DNA of 64,000 bases from Phoronis australis (Eukaryota > Animalia > Phoronida): contig NMRA01000139.1 in NCBI GenBank assembly GCA_002633005.1, forward strand, positions 620,001-684,000, written 5' to 3'. The position numbers and the translations under genes were made by a program. Below, piece by piece: positions 1 through 13,400 of the stretch; positions within the stretch are counted from its first letter, which is position 1; each line of letters begins with the position of its first letter. A model generated the notes under the pieces. It made no database searches. It was not told where the DNA came from and saw only the letters and a list, made by a program, of their open reading frames with translations.

Positions 1-1354
1 AAAACTGACTTTATAGCAATAAAGTTATAGGAGCTCGCCCCGTGCTATTGGCGCAAAAATAATTTCTTTGTCGGACTATGATTGCTTAACTCGGACCAAC
101 AGGCGCATTAAAATTGGAAACGAAAAATGACAAAAAATTAACATGACCTATAGATCCTCCAAATTAACCCGTAGACTTGAGGCCATGTAGGTCAATTCCC
201 CTATAATCAGGTTTTTTTCTGAAATGATCCCTGCAATAAGTAACATAAGCTGGAACTTGGCAAAACACGCGTGTTTATTTGCCGTAATGTAAAACCGGTT
301 CACTTAGTTAAGTTTTTGATTTTTGGACCTCGGAAAAGCGAGTTCAATTTTACTTAAAAAGATACATATTCATCATATCCTGCACAAAAGCTTCAAATTG
401 GCAAGTCCTTTCTTCTATTCTTCGGTTACCGGTACCGATTAAAAAAATAAAACATAATACAACAGCTTTGGAATCTGACTTTTAGCAGACCCACGTGCAA
501 TGCGTTTGGGCCGTGTTAAGAAGTGCATTCGACTCGTCGGATGTAACGTCTACGATCTGTAAGCACATGTTTTACACAAACTTTCTAGCCGTGTTAGTGA
601 ATTAGTCATAGCAAATGTCAGAAGGTACTTTACGTACCTTCAGTGGTTATGCCAAGACTTATCGCTTACTTACAAGAAGCTGCAGAAAATCAATGCCTCC
701 GTTCATCGAAGTTACATTCTTATAGCAAATATTTTCAAGTCTAGATCCAGCTAGCATACTGCAATTAGTCAGAAAAAGTAATTGGCGTGTTTTTATTTGA
801 CTTGCCTATTTTACTCGAAAGTCATGAAATATCGGATAAGTTTTGAAGAAGAGGGTACTTAGAATCGCTGAGAGATTTCACGCAACACCGCCTGCGTGTT
901 ACCATAATCATCAATGCCTCAGTAATTAACTTTTGCGAGTGTAATTGATTCGCCTTGTCATTCCTAATCCCACTGTTGTTGTTTTAAGCTATGCGGGTTA
1001 ACGAATAAGGTGAACAGGTCATCGAATGTGTCACCCCTCATTCACCGACACTCGTCTCATGCGCATTTTCACGTGTTAGAGACGTCTTGCGATGTCAAAT
1101 AACTTGTAAGTTGTTTTTCACCTAATGCGGTTTTACCCAACCATGTAACCGATAGCACTTTTCTAAACCTGAATAAAACAACTGCAACCGGATTCAGCTT
1201 CGAAAGAGTAAGGAAAGTAAGAGATTTTTCCAATTCCTATAATTATGAATCGACTTGTTAATTTCGTTGACAAACTATATCCACATACCCAGCAAGTGAT
1301 CAAGTAGAGATAGTATTAGATGGAGTTAAGGTCTAGATGGTAAACTTACTAACT

Positions 1355-1503
1355 CTGTCGAGTTAAGAAAAACTCTATCGATGGAGATGTTAAGTTTATC
1401 GATTGAAAAAATATCTCTGGTGATAAGGATAGTACCTCTATCGAGTAGATAATGAATCTATCGGTAGTTTATAAGTCTATCGAGTAGATAATGAATCTAT
1501 CGA
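1355..1503. repeat. Array of (T)CTATCGA motifs, including a 39-bp-period duplication
   Basis: tctatcgagtagataatgaatctatcg at 1437 and 1476, plus degenerate copies upstream. Confidence 0.6.
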
Positions 1504-4494
1504 CAAAATTCCAAAGCGTTAGTGCAGGGGAAAATTCTCGCGTTAACCTTTAGTAACCACTAAAATGGTTTTGAAATTAAAACAGCACAAAAAACTAATT
1601 ATTGGATTCTTGCACTCTGCGAACACGATGTTTTAATTTACATGTTTGCTTTCGGTTATAAAAACCCTCTGTGTTTCAATTAATACTCGACAGTGCGCCA
1701 TTTGCTGGCCATTTTGTCAAACTGGGTTTGTGCATTTAAATAAAACAGATTTCTGGCAATTGCTGAGCGCGCATTAGCGTTCGTGAGCCTGAAAGCGATA
1801 CAACAAAAACGATCACAATTCGATTTGATCCACGTGAAACGTTTTAGTTAAACTTAATCTGACCAGGCGAACGGCAGGCGCTTGGTGGCACCGGGCGAGA
1901 GTTGTAGATTTTTATACACAATCAACGGTCAGTGCCTCCTATACAAATTAAATTCTCTACGCTATAAATATTGCGTGTCTTGCGGCCAGGTTGAAAAGAC
2001 GTTCCTTTGTCTAGTTAACCCCTTCAATTATGCACGGCTGGTTATCATTTCCGGAGTTGGGGAACTTTATGATTGTAACAAAAAGCAAACACTCGATTCA
2101 CGTATATGTTCTTGATAAAATCGTTCGCTATATGTGTTGGTTTTGTGTTTTATTCAAACAAATATCCGACAATGTTTGCGGCGCAAACAAAGTTGTCTCA
2201 CGCCATCTTGTAAGAGGTTGTTTAACTTCTTGTCTGTCGCTGCACGCCACAAAACAAAGCGGTAATGCGACACCGTTTATTTTATTACTCCGCATTGTTG
2301 ACGATTACTCAATTGTAGAGCCAACAGAATTTATTCTATTCATTGTATAACGTGTTCGGAAAGCAAACGATGCTTTGACAACAGACTAACAGGGTTTGAG
2401 GTAACTACTAACTTTTGTAGAGTTGAAAAGTTCTTCCAATTGGTTGCCCATGCCAAACGGTCTCGGTAATCAATAACACTAAGCTTTCCCGAAGGATTCG
2501 TTGCAAGACACATGTAAAGCCGAGCAAAGAGCCGGGGAAGAGCAGCGATTAGAACAGTTTGAAGTGGTTCGCACCGTTGCATGATGGGAGCATTTACGCT
2601 TTTTATCATTTACATTCTGTACAATATACAACACATGGTATTTATCCCAGAGGTTACTTGTATTAAAAATACATTTCCTGAAGCAAAACCGTCCTAGCAT
2701 AATAGTACTTCATGTGGGATTCGTTATTGTTCTTGGACTCATTTCCAAAAAAACCATCTTTCCAGTACGCCAGGATCGAGAGAGGAAAGAATTTTATTTT
2801 TCGAGTGTAGCTAAGACACGAACGAAATTTCTGAACATGTCGGAGGCCTTCCAAAGGCTTTTGACCGCTGACATGACTCAGTACCAGCGCACTGGTCCAA
2901 TACTACACATTGCGAATTAAGCGCTGCCATGACACATGCCAAAACTAGCGTCGTTTATAATAAACTCGGATTTGTTTAATGTAATCGGTTATGGGAACGG
3001 CGAAGAGGTGTTACGGTAAAGATACATTCAGTGAACGTCGTAGATTGATTTGTCACGTAAGCAGTGTGGTCCAGTGAATATCAGGCAAGGTGGTCCGTGG
3101 GTCTACGTAGTCGGTGCAACATTTCAACAGAGCAACCATGAAAACGCGATATCAAACGGACTGGCCAATTTTTCTTGATCTAACTGGTTGGTCTTTAGAT
3201 TATCAGTTTTACGGTCGAAAAACGCATTTGCTGGAATCGTCGTTGGGTAGGACAAGCTCATTAAAAAGTATTAGCTTGGCCAGAGCTCATGAAGCGAAAC
3301 AAAAATCTGTTATGTTTTCGTAAGTTTTTTACAAATTCTTGCCCTTGTTTGGCAGTCATTCGCTGAAATCAAGGCCGATGACTTTACCAATTGGAATAAT
3401 CTGCCATTTATCGAGCGAGAATTAGGTCCGCCATCACTGCGTCAGACAGCGACTGCAGGGTTTGCAGCGGCTTCGATTCAGCGCTAAGGAAGATCTCATT
3501 TTTCGTCTGTTTAACGTCTCTGGGACCGAAGATTCTATAGACTCTTGCCTTTTAATTTCTTTTGATGTTCGCCAAAAGTCAGAAATCTGATCACAAATAC
3601 CCAAATAGACTCCTCCAGAAATAAGCCCGTGTTGTTTTTCTCAAGTGCCGCCATCAGCGATTTTAGTGTCTTTTGTTAACGCTCTCGGCGATGCCATAAG
3701 GGATGGACCTTGGGAATTCGTGTTTTATTTATGCCCTTCTTTGCAGAGACGATACACATTTTATAGTTTGTTGTCACAGAATATGCAAACGTTATGCTTT
3801 TTCTGTAAATATTGAACCATAATGGGCCGTGTAGAAATTAACAATCGGTTTAAACAACTCGGCCACGAGCATTGCAAACCGATTCGAACGTTTGATGGGC
3901 AAATTACTGCACTCCTGGAAAATCACTGTAAATTTTTGCGTTGGAGAAACCATAAAGTGAGTTTCTATAAGTGTTTTGATTTATAATTTGCCCATAGTGT
4001 TCAATATTAAAAGCGGGTGAATGATAATGACCCTCATATATTCAGTGGTTTGTTGCAGCTTGCAACGATTGCAGCGCCATCTAATGATAAGTCTGCCAAT
4101 CTATAAATAAACAAATGTGTTGTGAATAAAAGTATACCTAGGTAGTCGAGATGGTACGTGTCTTATGGGGAAGTTGGTAAAGTTGCTGCTGCTGGTTTTG
4201 CTGAGAAAAATTTCAAATTAGTGCTTCAGGATATTGAATGGTAAATTGCGATCTATTTATTCACTAGTTGGTTATTAAGTTTTCTAACTCGTATTTATAA
4301 CCTGATCAATTTTGCAGTCGATATTGGCGCATCTGCGCGAGCTGACAAATTCGCTAACTAGGAATGGCATTCAGTTGGATAATGGACGGCTAGTTACGCT
4401 ACGCGTTGATGTGTCGCTTACTCTACATTGGTTTCTGTTGCTAAATTACAGAATAGCTGTCGAACGTGCCTTAAAGGATTCCTGAAGCCAACTA

Positions 4495-4558
4495 ATGATG
4501 GACCTGGATATTAAAACGCTGTGTTTGTTTGTGACTGTCACGGTCTCGTTACTTCAAG
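4495..4558 (+). CDS. Locus A coding exon 1, signal peptide [21 protein letters not shown](G)
   Basis: ATG at 4495, hydrophobic core, phase-1 donor G|gtaaga joining exon 2 in frame (G+GT=Gly, then [12 protein letters not shown], a plausible cleavage site). An upstream acceptor-like ttacag ending at 4451 suggests a 5' UTR exon further upstream. Confidence 0.8.
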
Positions 4559-7500
4559 GTAAGACCTTTTGTAGTATTCCGAGGGGAAATTAAGAAAAGC
4601 GGACGGCGATTGTTCACCTTTACAACAGATAGGAAATGTTGAACCTTACTGGGATTGAGTCGATCACGATACTATGAATTTTAGAATCTCACTCCTTTGT
4701 GAGGCACGATGTCGTTTGTTTACAGTCACTGAGTGTGCCATCGTTTCTCGGGTACTTAGGCTTCGGTGAAACCAGGGTAGAGGGTAATTTATAGGCCATT
4801 TATACAATACAACGCGCGTGGTGAATCTTAAAACTTCTATAGTCACGGAAGCACGAAACTCAGATTATTTACAATGCCAGTTTCAGTCATACATATCTAC
4901 ATGTAAACCTATGCTAACAGCTGTGAAGGGAATGTACGTGTGCAAACATGATATTTTCATACTTTTATGCTGCTAACTGTCCACTGACATGGCCAACTGA
5001 TTACACATTACTTAAAGCGTGCCGAGCCCTGTTCGATCATTTCTAGAATGGAGTATGATGGTGTTTTCTGGGGATTTTGTAACGTTGCCTACCGGTCTAA
5101 GGTATGAGATTGTTAACAAAGTTGTACGTGTCACTATATAATGCAAGGTATGAGACAATGATGGGCGTTGCTCATACTGCTTGCTACTGTTTTCGGGACG
5201 AAAACTCAATCGTTGTTTTGATTTTAGTTTAAATGTCAATTCTTAACTAAAGTTGTCGTTTTTATATCGCAACCAAATCAATTGAGACCAAGCCCATTAA
5301 CATGTAACCTAACAGTCTCGACTTTATCATCGTACGTAGTGCCAGTAACTTGTTCTTCGTTTAATTCGCGTTCTTTTAAGAAACCATCACCACTCTAGAG
5401 GTTTGAGGAATCGGATCATTTCTGCCGTTTGCTTCACGGACTCATCATTTTCTGTCCGTGTGTCTACTTTTGTTTTAGTCACTTTTTGCTGAGAGTTTTC
5501 TGCTCGTAAATTTTTGTCGCGGCCGTTTTCAACAAATTAACAATTAACCAAAGTGGTTATTTTTACATAAAACTTACATATTCACTAAGAACTACTATGA
5601 AAATGCGGCACAGAAATCACGTGTGTAGCTCTCTTTGTAAAGTGGAATAATTACATAGTTATTTATACGGCGACTGCTCAAGCAACACACCGGGGTATAC
5701 GGCGTATAATATTTCATTGTTTATTGTGAAATTCTCGCTGTTTCAATGTTAATATTCTTACAAAGAGTGTTTTGACAGAAAACAGAATGTATCGGCTCGA
5801 CCCCACGTGCGTTGTTGTTAACTGTCACTCATTTGAGGTATAGTTATTGGATGCTGTTTACAGTCTGCAAAGAACTCCTTAGGCAGGTTGGATTTCGAAG
5901 GTCTACCCAGTTATAAAGAAGTTCAAACATGGTCCATGTATTGAGTGCTTGTAATGATTACTGTTTAGTAAAGATTCATAACCATATAAACAACTAAAAA
6001 CAACGCTCGTATAATATGTTTGCATTCCAAATATTTGGTTGTCGTTAATTCATCGTTTTTGTTCGTTATATTTTTTTTATTCACTTGCCTTGTATTGAGT
6101 ACAATTTACTGTAGAACGTTTGTGGAATACAGTGTTCGTTTTCTGTAGCCCCTCTCTGTAGAATAAACATAATGAATTGTGTTAGATGTGTTGCAAATTT
6201 CTCTTAGAGCAAAATTGTTTTATGAAGACTTCTGTCCTAAATTCAAATTTTATTGAATTTCTCGATTGATTACAGCGCATGCTAGATTTGCCAGACACAC
6301 GTACTGCACAATGAAATGACGTAGAATTTGTCAAAATACAGAAGATACAATATTTTGATTATTATCCATTTTATAATATTTGAACAAAAGTTTCAAGAAA
6401 TTGACTCCTTTCGTGAGGGTACAAAACACGTTGTCTCGTCAATGTGTTTCTGTTGATAGTGTCGATGAAATGAATGGAACGTCAAACACTCACTTTGTAT
6501 CATCCTATATTTAATTACATGTAGGTATCATTTCTCTACTGCCGTTGCTCGTTCAGCTTAGTGATGAACAATTAGTATTAGCAATATTTCCATTTTCAAT
6601 CAACGATTCAAATTAAAAACTCAGTCAGGTTAAGCCTAGTCGTACGATTCTAAACTAAACTAGACCACATTTACCTGTACTGTCCATGTGACGGTTTCGT
6701 GCCCAACGATGAGCCATAACGATATTTTTAGTTTTACTAATAGTAACATCTGATCATCGACTGGACACGGCGATGAAGTGTACCCGGCTGAATAGATACA
6801 TTCGACTCCGAATGTGTTTTACTGAATTCCCCGATTCCGTAGTAACGATGTTTTGTGGACTTTCTGTACTAATAGTAACATCTGATCATCGACTGGGCAC
6901 GGCGATGAAGTGTACCTGAATGGAAACATTCGACTCCGAATGTGTTTTACTGAATTTCCTGATTCTGTACTAATGATGTTGTGTTGACTTTATGTACTAG
7001 TGGCTGTACGTAACTGAATGCGGAGTCTTTTTATTTGTCGTCTAAGGGAAGTGAGGGTGCTCGACTGCCCTCCCAGTCGACCCAGGTGTGGCCCCTAGCC
7101 CCTGGTTCAGTTTACAATACGTTGGTGCCAAACAGATGGGCACAAACCTGGTGGAACAAAGCGCATCATACATGCACCCAGTCAGACAGGAGGACTTGTA
7201 GTCAACATCCGGGTCTTGTTTAAGTTTAGCGTTGGTCATAACACGCTGGTTCCCTACGTGCCCTAGCCAGCACGCAGGTAGACACAGTGGCGCGCGCTTT
7301 ACCATTGGTTGATGTAACCTCAGCAGTCATTGGTTAGCTTTACAACACCGTGTAAAACTGGCCGACTGTGAACGATTTTTAGCCTTGTCATGCACGCGGC
7401 GTCGCGGCAACTATTTCATTTCTGCAGTAATGTTTAATAACCGCGTGCTTGAAGCACATTCATGTACAATAAATACATATCTGGCTGATTTAACTGGTGT

Positions 7501-10389
7501 GTTATTCATACTGTAAAGTGTATAGGACAGTATCGTAAACACAAGTCATCGACAGTAGAAAGATGCTCCAAAAAGGCGCAACCGCAATTTCTAGGATTCG
7601 CATTTCCTGAACATAAATTTTAAGCACTGATTTGTTTTTACAACAGACCACATTTACACTTAAGTCCATCATTCATGCCAGTTTGTTTGTGTAAAGCGCT
7701 GCCTGTTGAGAATTCGACTATCCAATCAGAAATGCCGGTGTAAAACAATTCACGAGGAGAATAAAGTGATACATGCATGCTGGCTACTGACCACCTAGCG
7801 GCACACAGGGAACCACCAAGTGGTCATAACATAGCGTAACATACATACAACACAGAGGTTTTAATAGTTGCAGATCATAAGATCTCATTCAGAGTCTGTT
7901 AATCGGGTTTAATCCCTTTGTAATATTGCTATATTAGACACGTTTCTTTTAAATAGTCAAAATAAAGCAGAGACCTCACCACGAGGGTTATAGATCATGT
8001 TCAAGCTTGAGACCTATTATTACGCGAAATGAATTGATGGCTTCTCGCATATAGAGATCTGTGCTGTATGTGCTTGCTATGTGGAAAGTATTGCTGTACC
8101 GAAGGTATCGACTTTGTGTGTAACTGTAATGTAACACCAATTACGGTATTCATTAGCTCTACGTGCTCTGGAATATTCAAATAATAACTTGAATAGCAAT
8201 TGATAAATTATTACACGATTTGAATAAAACAATATGGGGTAATCGATTGCTCTAGGTTACTTTTACGAAGTTGTAGCAAAGCACATTTGCAAATTGTAAG
8301 TGGTTAAAGTTGATGAATTTCAACAACTTGAAATCAAAGTGCTTGATACTGTACTTGTAGTACGTACTTACGTAATCTAGACGAACCTTTCTTTTTAAAT
8401 ATTCTTAACTAAAATTCATTCCACAATTTTATCTGACTCATTGTTAACATTAAGTTATACGATTTATTTCTGTCTATTAACTTTAAGAAAGCACAAATTG
8501 AACATGTCTCCTTCGGTGAAACTTAATAATCACTATCTGAAATTTATGTATGTAATTTACGTATGTGCATTACCGCGTACAAAGCCACGAGCGAAAACTT
8601 GAAGAAAAACACATGTACTGTGTGGCAAAACGTAATCGGTAATAATTACTGTTAAAACAATGTATTTTAACTGAATTACACGTTTTGACTACTTCAAAGG
8701 AATTCCGTGCCCTACGCCGTGGATTACACAAGACTATATTGATATTTTGTTAAGTGTGCGAGGAGCATTTGTGCAGTTACGTCGGTAAGTCAAATGGTAT
8801 TGCACAGGAGGCAAGGACCTCGCGAAAACGCAGAAGCTCTCAAGACATCGCGAGATATCGCCATGTACCCTAACCGAAGCACATTATCACATTACCTTCC
8901 TACGGGAGATTTTTGGGTCTCCAGGTCCACAGTGGAGCACGTCACTGTCGTGACGCTTCTTGGGCGAATAGACTTTTGAAGTTGTACCTGTACCAGTAAA
9001 CACGAGGCGATTTCCACTTCAATACAAATGCAGACGCTGGGTGTTTTTCCCATTCATTCTTCTCAGAGCTTTCTTCACATGGCACCAAACTGGCGTCAGA
9101 TTGTTTAGTCCGATATCGCCCATAAATCACTAAACTTGTGGACGCTGTTTCTTTCAGTTCCATCCTGCAAATGATTAATTCAATGCGTTTGTTATGCAGC
9201 GGGTAGCCAACCCAATTTCGAATGCCGGTGGAGCGGCTATATTTACAATAGCAGTATCCAACCCCTTCTGTTTGCAACGTAGAAACGTTTTCCTATCGTA
9301 CGTGTAGGGCTTTTTCATTAAACTTGGATCACGTAGTATTCTTTTGTGTATTAAATTTATCCAAGCTTTAGGGATGTTTCGCATATTTAAGACGCACGGG
9401 AATTTTTATTTGAAGTGTTTCACATTGATTTATAAAAGTTTGAATTTGACTCTACTTCTTTGTTGGAGCAACGTAGCTTTTTCATTTTAATTACTGGAAT
9501 AAAAAACTCAACATGATGTCTAACCGTAGAAAAATGCCCAGATTCGGCCAAATTTCGATCATCACATCTCAAGTGAGACTATCTATCGTTGTACGTTATA
9601 CCTTGCTCTTCAAAGCGATGCTGGAGAATGTACTTGAAGTGTTCCACTATGAAAGAAGGACTATCTAGTTTGGATGTTTTATGTTTTTATGAAAAAACTA
9701 AAAAAATAAATGACACAAAAACGAATACAGTAACATCATTCTTAGAATTTCATCTGGAGCATCTATGTGAATGGAATTTGGTCATATTATTGGTAACGGT
9801 TGTTTTGCTTTAATTGTACATCTCCGCTTGGTTAGATTTTAATAAATATCTGTGTCCAGATTACACAGTTAATTAAAATTTGGTATAAAATCCACAGTTG
9901 AATTCTACATGGTTTCTTCTTTTTAGAAGATATTTATGTACAGAGTAATTATACAACCGTGTAGATAGTTGCCAATACGGTTCCACACAATATGGAATAA
10001 ATCACAGTATACACGTTGCTTGCCGCTAGGACTGTTTCAGAAGTCCACAGGGAAAGATTCCTTTGAGACAAAGAACACTTTCCAACAGTCATCTTATTCT
10101 ATTTGACTTGTCTTGTCAATCCTGTTTTGATTGACATCTACTCGTAAGACTGTGTGCATTTCACGTTTTCGTTTGATACCCTCGCGTATTGGCCGAGTCT
10201 GTAAATGCAACTGATAACAGTAAGCTATTGAACAAAATGCGCGTTATATTTGCACCCAAACGAGGTGATTTATCGAACTGGCTCATATTATAAGACACGT
10301 CAACTGATCAATAATTGGGAAACAGAATTAGAAAACTACCAAGGTCAACTTTCCAGGAGTGTATCAGAATGTTCTAGTATCTGAGTTGT

Positions 10390-10443
<54 letters not shown>

Positions 10444-13400
10444 GTGGCGCGCACACGCTAAGCTGCGTCGCATCCTGTATTATAAGTAGTGTGTCCGCGG
10501 ACATTTTCGCAGATGGTCAACAAATTCTAACACAGATTACTCTTTAACCTCATGTGGTTCATGAGGAAGCGTGTCTTTGAAGTTTAGCCATAAAAATATT
10601 CTGGACTTTTTTGACCACAAATGTACATAAATGAGGCCGATGACCTGGGTTACCATGTTTTGTGGACACTATTCAGAGGTGTGAGCGATCCTGTTGGCGT
10701 TTTACGATTGGTTGTCGCTTCTGGACGATCGCTAAAAGGCGATGTGTTAATGCAGTAAAAACAACACTCAAACCAGCAAAACGCACCATTTATCAAAAGT
10801 CATTTTCTAAAATTAGATAAGACAGTGGAACACTAGCCGTTTAAAACATTGTCGATGAGATACAGACGTGGAGAGTGAACCCTTGGTGTCTGAAGTTTTA
10901 CTAATTAACAACTTTATTCATTCCGACAGATCACCGATGTACTAATGATGATCCTGGCCAGCTAATCATTTTTGCAGATGTTTCGGAAATTCGAGTCATG
11001 ATGATATGACAGTCTTTCTCTCAGTTTGTCTTCATATTGCCAACATGTGATAAGTACGCTTCACCCCCAGTGATTGGGTATTTTGCGTCTGTGTTCATTG
11101 AAAGCTATGGGGTGTTATAGCTCTAGTACTGTAGTAATTTAGTAGATGAGACTAGAGAAGGCCCTAGAAACTCCATGCTGTTCCTGGTCCGTGTCATGTC
11201 GAAGTAGATGGATAAATCTGTATAAAAACACGAGGGTAATTTTGCCCGCCCTTCGATTCTTTGAAAATCAGAAAATGAACGTAGAATTGAGAGCCGCACG
11301 CTGACGTGCATTTCAATTTTCTGAAGTGCAAACTTTTGAGAATCAAAATTTTACTGACTTTTTATGCAGCCTGAAAAACAGCAAGGCATATCTGAGGCAG
11401 TTGCTCCATTTGGATATGCTTGTGTCAGGCGTAACTTGTACGTGATATCACCGTCATTTCCTAATATCCATCAGCTGTTTTGACAACACTTCTGAAGACA
11501 ATCAAAATCAGTTTATAAATTACCAAGGCAGTTATACTACAAACGACAATGAGAGGAAGCGTTATTAAAATACGTTTGATTCCCTAAACCCAAGGGTTGA
11601 CAACACGTGCATGATAAAATATCGCGATATTGTTATATTTGAACTGGCTAGTCTTTGATATAAACGTTACGAAGACACATGACAGGAAATTGCCTGTTAG
11701 ATCGGTTACTAGTATCAACATAATGTGTATACGTACAAGTGGGAATAGATTTCACTGGTGGTTCATTTCATTGTCAAAATCTACACTGTAATAGCGCCAC
11801 TGGCATCTCACTTTTAAAAGTACAAGCTCCTGCTTGAATTATTTCGTTGACAACTCTTGCATACCTACTTAAGAAGAATCTTTGGCAAACATAAATTGGC
11901 GCACATAATAAAATGTCGTTGTTGGGTGTATTATAGTCAAGTAAAGTCCACCCACGACCTGGATAATGTCTGCAGTTTCATGCGATTCAGACACTTTATA
12001 CTGCTCATTGCTTAGGGAAAATGGATGGCAGTTACCAATTGTACAACAACAAAAAACAATATCTAGGGGTGTTCTGTCAATTCCAAACAATTGAATTTTC
12101 CAATCAATCAGTTCCGTTGCCTCAATGCAACACAAATGGTTTAAGCCAAATTGACAATAACCAGAAGCGACACAAATGCACACAGTCAAGCGAATCAATG
12201 AACGCTTTTATGAAAAGAGCAATTGATGACGTTGGCGTCTCCAATGCTGTAATCGTGAGTCGGGTTTCAAGCAATACAGTTAAACAGTTGTGATGCTAAC
12301 GTGAGTGATTTGCCGTAATTTTTCCTAGTAGTACTAGAACAAACTAATTAAAATGAATTAGATGTAAGTTTTGTTGATGTTTGACGAAAGTGCCAAAAGG
12401 TGGCACTAGCTACCGGTAAAACACTTTTACCCACATCGAGTCGGAAAATCTGACAACATTTGTAAAAGGAAAAGAAAAACTAACCGTCGACGGCTGAAAA
12501 GATTTTCTCGGCAGTGGAAAGGTTTTCTTTGCGGAGAAAATGATTTTGCGTGGAGAACAGTGATTTTTTCGCCTTGTTATTTTTGTCAATGTCAGCTTTG
12601 GTCCACCGTACTTATTAGAGTGACGGCTAAAATATAAATGTTCACTAACTACACTAATATTATGCTACACGCCTGTCTAATTGTTTATAACAGACCTGCG
12701 CAACTTTGCAAGTAAGGAAAACACATGTGTCAATACAACATACATTTTCAGCAGATGTCTGGAGCAAAGTGACAGTAATTTGAACATCAGTTTTCGGTGA
12801 ATGAAATGCAAAATTAGACAAAACAGTTAAAATGCGCCCACCCTGGCGTCTGAAAGGCGATAACGATCTTCATGTTTTTACTGCAGGTTTGGTTGACGCT
12901 AATTCCCACGCCAAGAGGTTATACGACGACTTGTTAGAAGGAAGGGGCTACAATAAACTGATACGGCCCGTCGGCAACAACACGGACATTTTGACAGTTC
13001 GTTTGGGTCTCAAGTTGTCGCAGCTGATTGATGTGGTAAGTTAAGGGGAGACAAATAAAACTACTATACATTGCTTATAGATGGCGCTGCTCAAAGAGAT
13101 ACTGTGAGTTACTTTGTCTTCAGAACTAGACGAGTGCGTACGTTGGTAAATTTGACCCACACAATATCAAAAATAGCCTAGCTAAAATGTTAAACTGTCT
13201 TTATAATATAACAAATAATGTGTACTGTCTTATCGCCAACTGCTATGTCGCGTACCGAGGCATGTTGTGTACCCGAGTTCATGTATTTCCAGGATGAAAA
13301 GAATCAAATCATGACCACTAACGTTTGGCTAAAACAGGTAAGCTGCAACACTTGCTTTAGAATATAATAATTAGTAGACATTAAACTTTCACCAATTCGT

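Noticed and set aside
3477-3497. Possible RE1/NRSE (REST) site TTCAGCGCTAAGGAAGATCTC upstream of locus A
   Set aside because: Only the left half resembles the consensus; too degenerate to call.
1882-12293. Many 60-110 aa ORFs upstream of and within intron 1 (also similar short or antisense ORFs elsewhere)
   Set aside because: No recognisable motifs or splice-consistent structure; the lengths are as expected by chance, or they are shadows of real exons.
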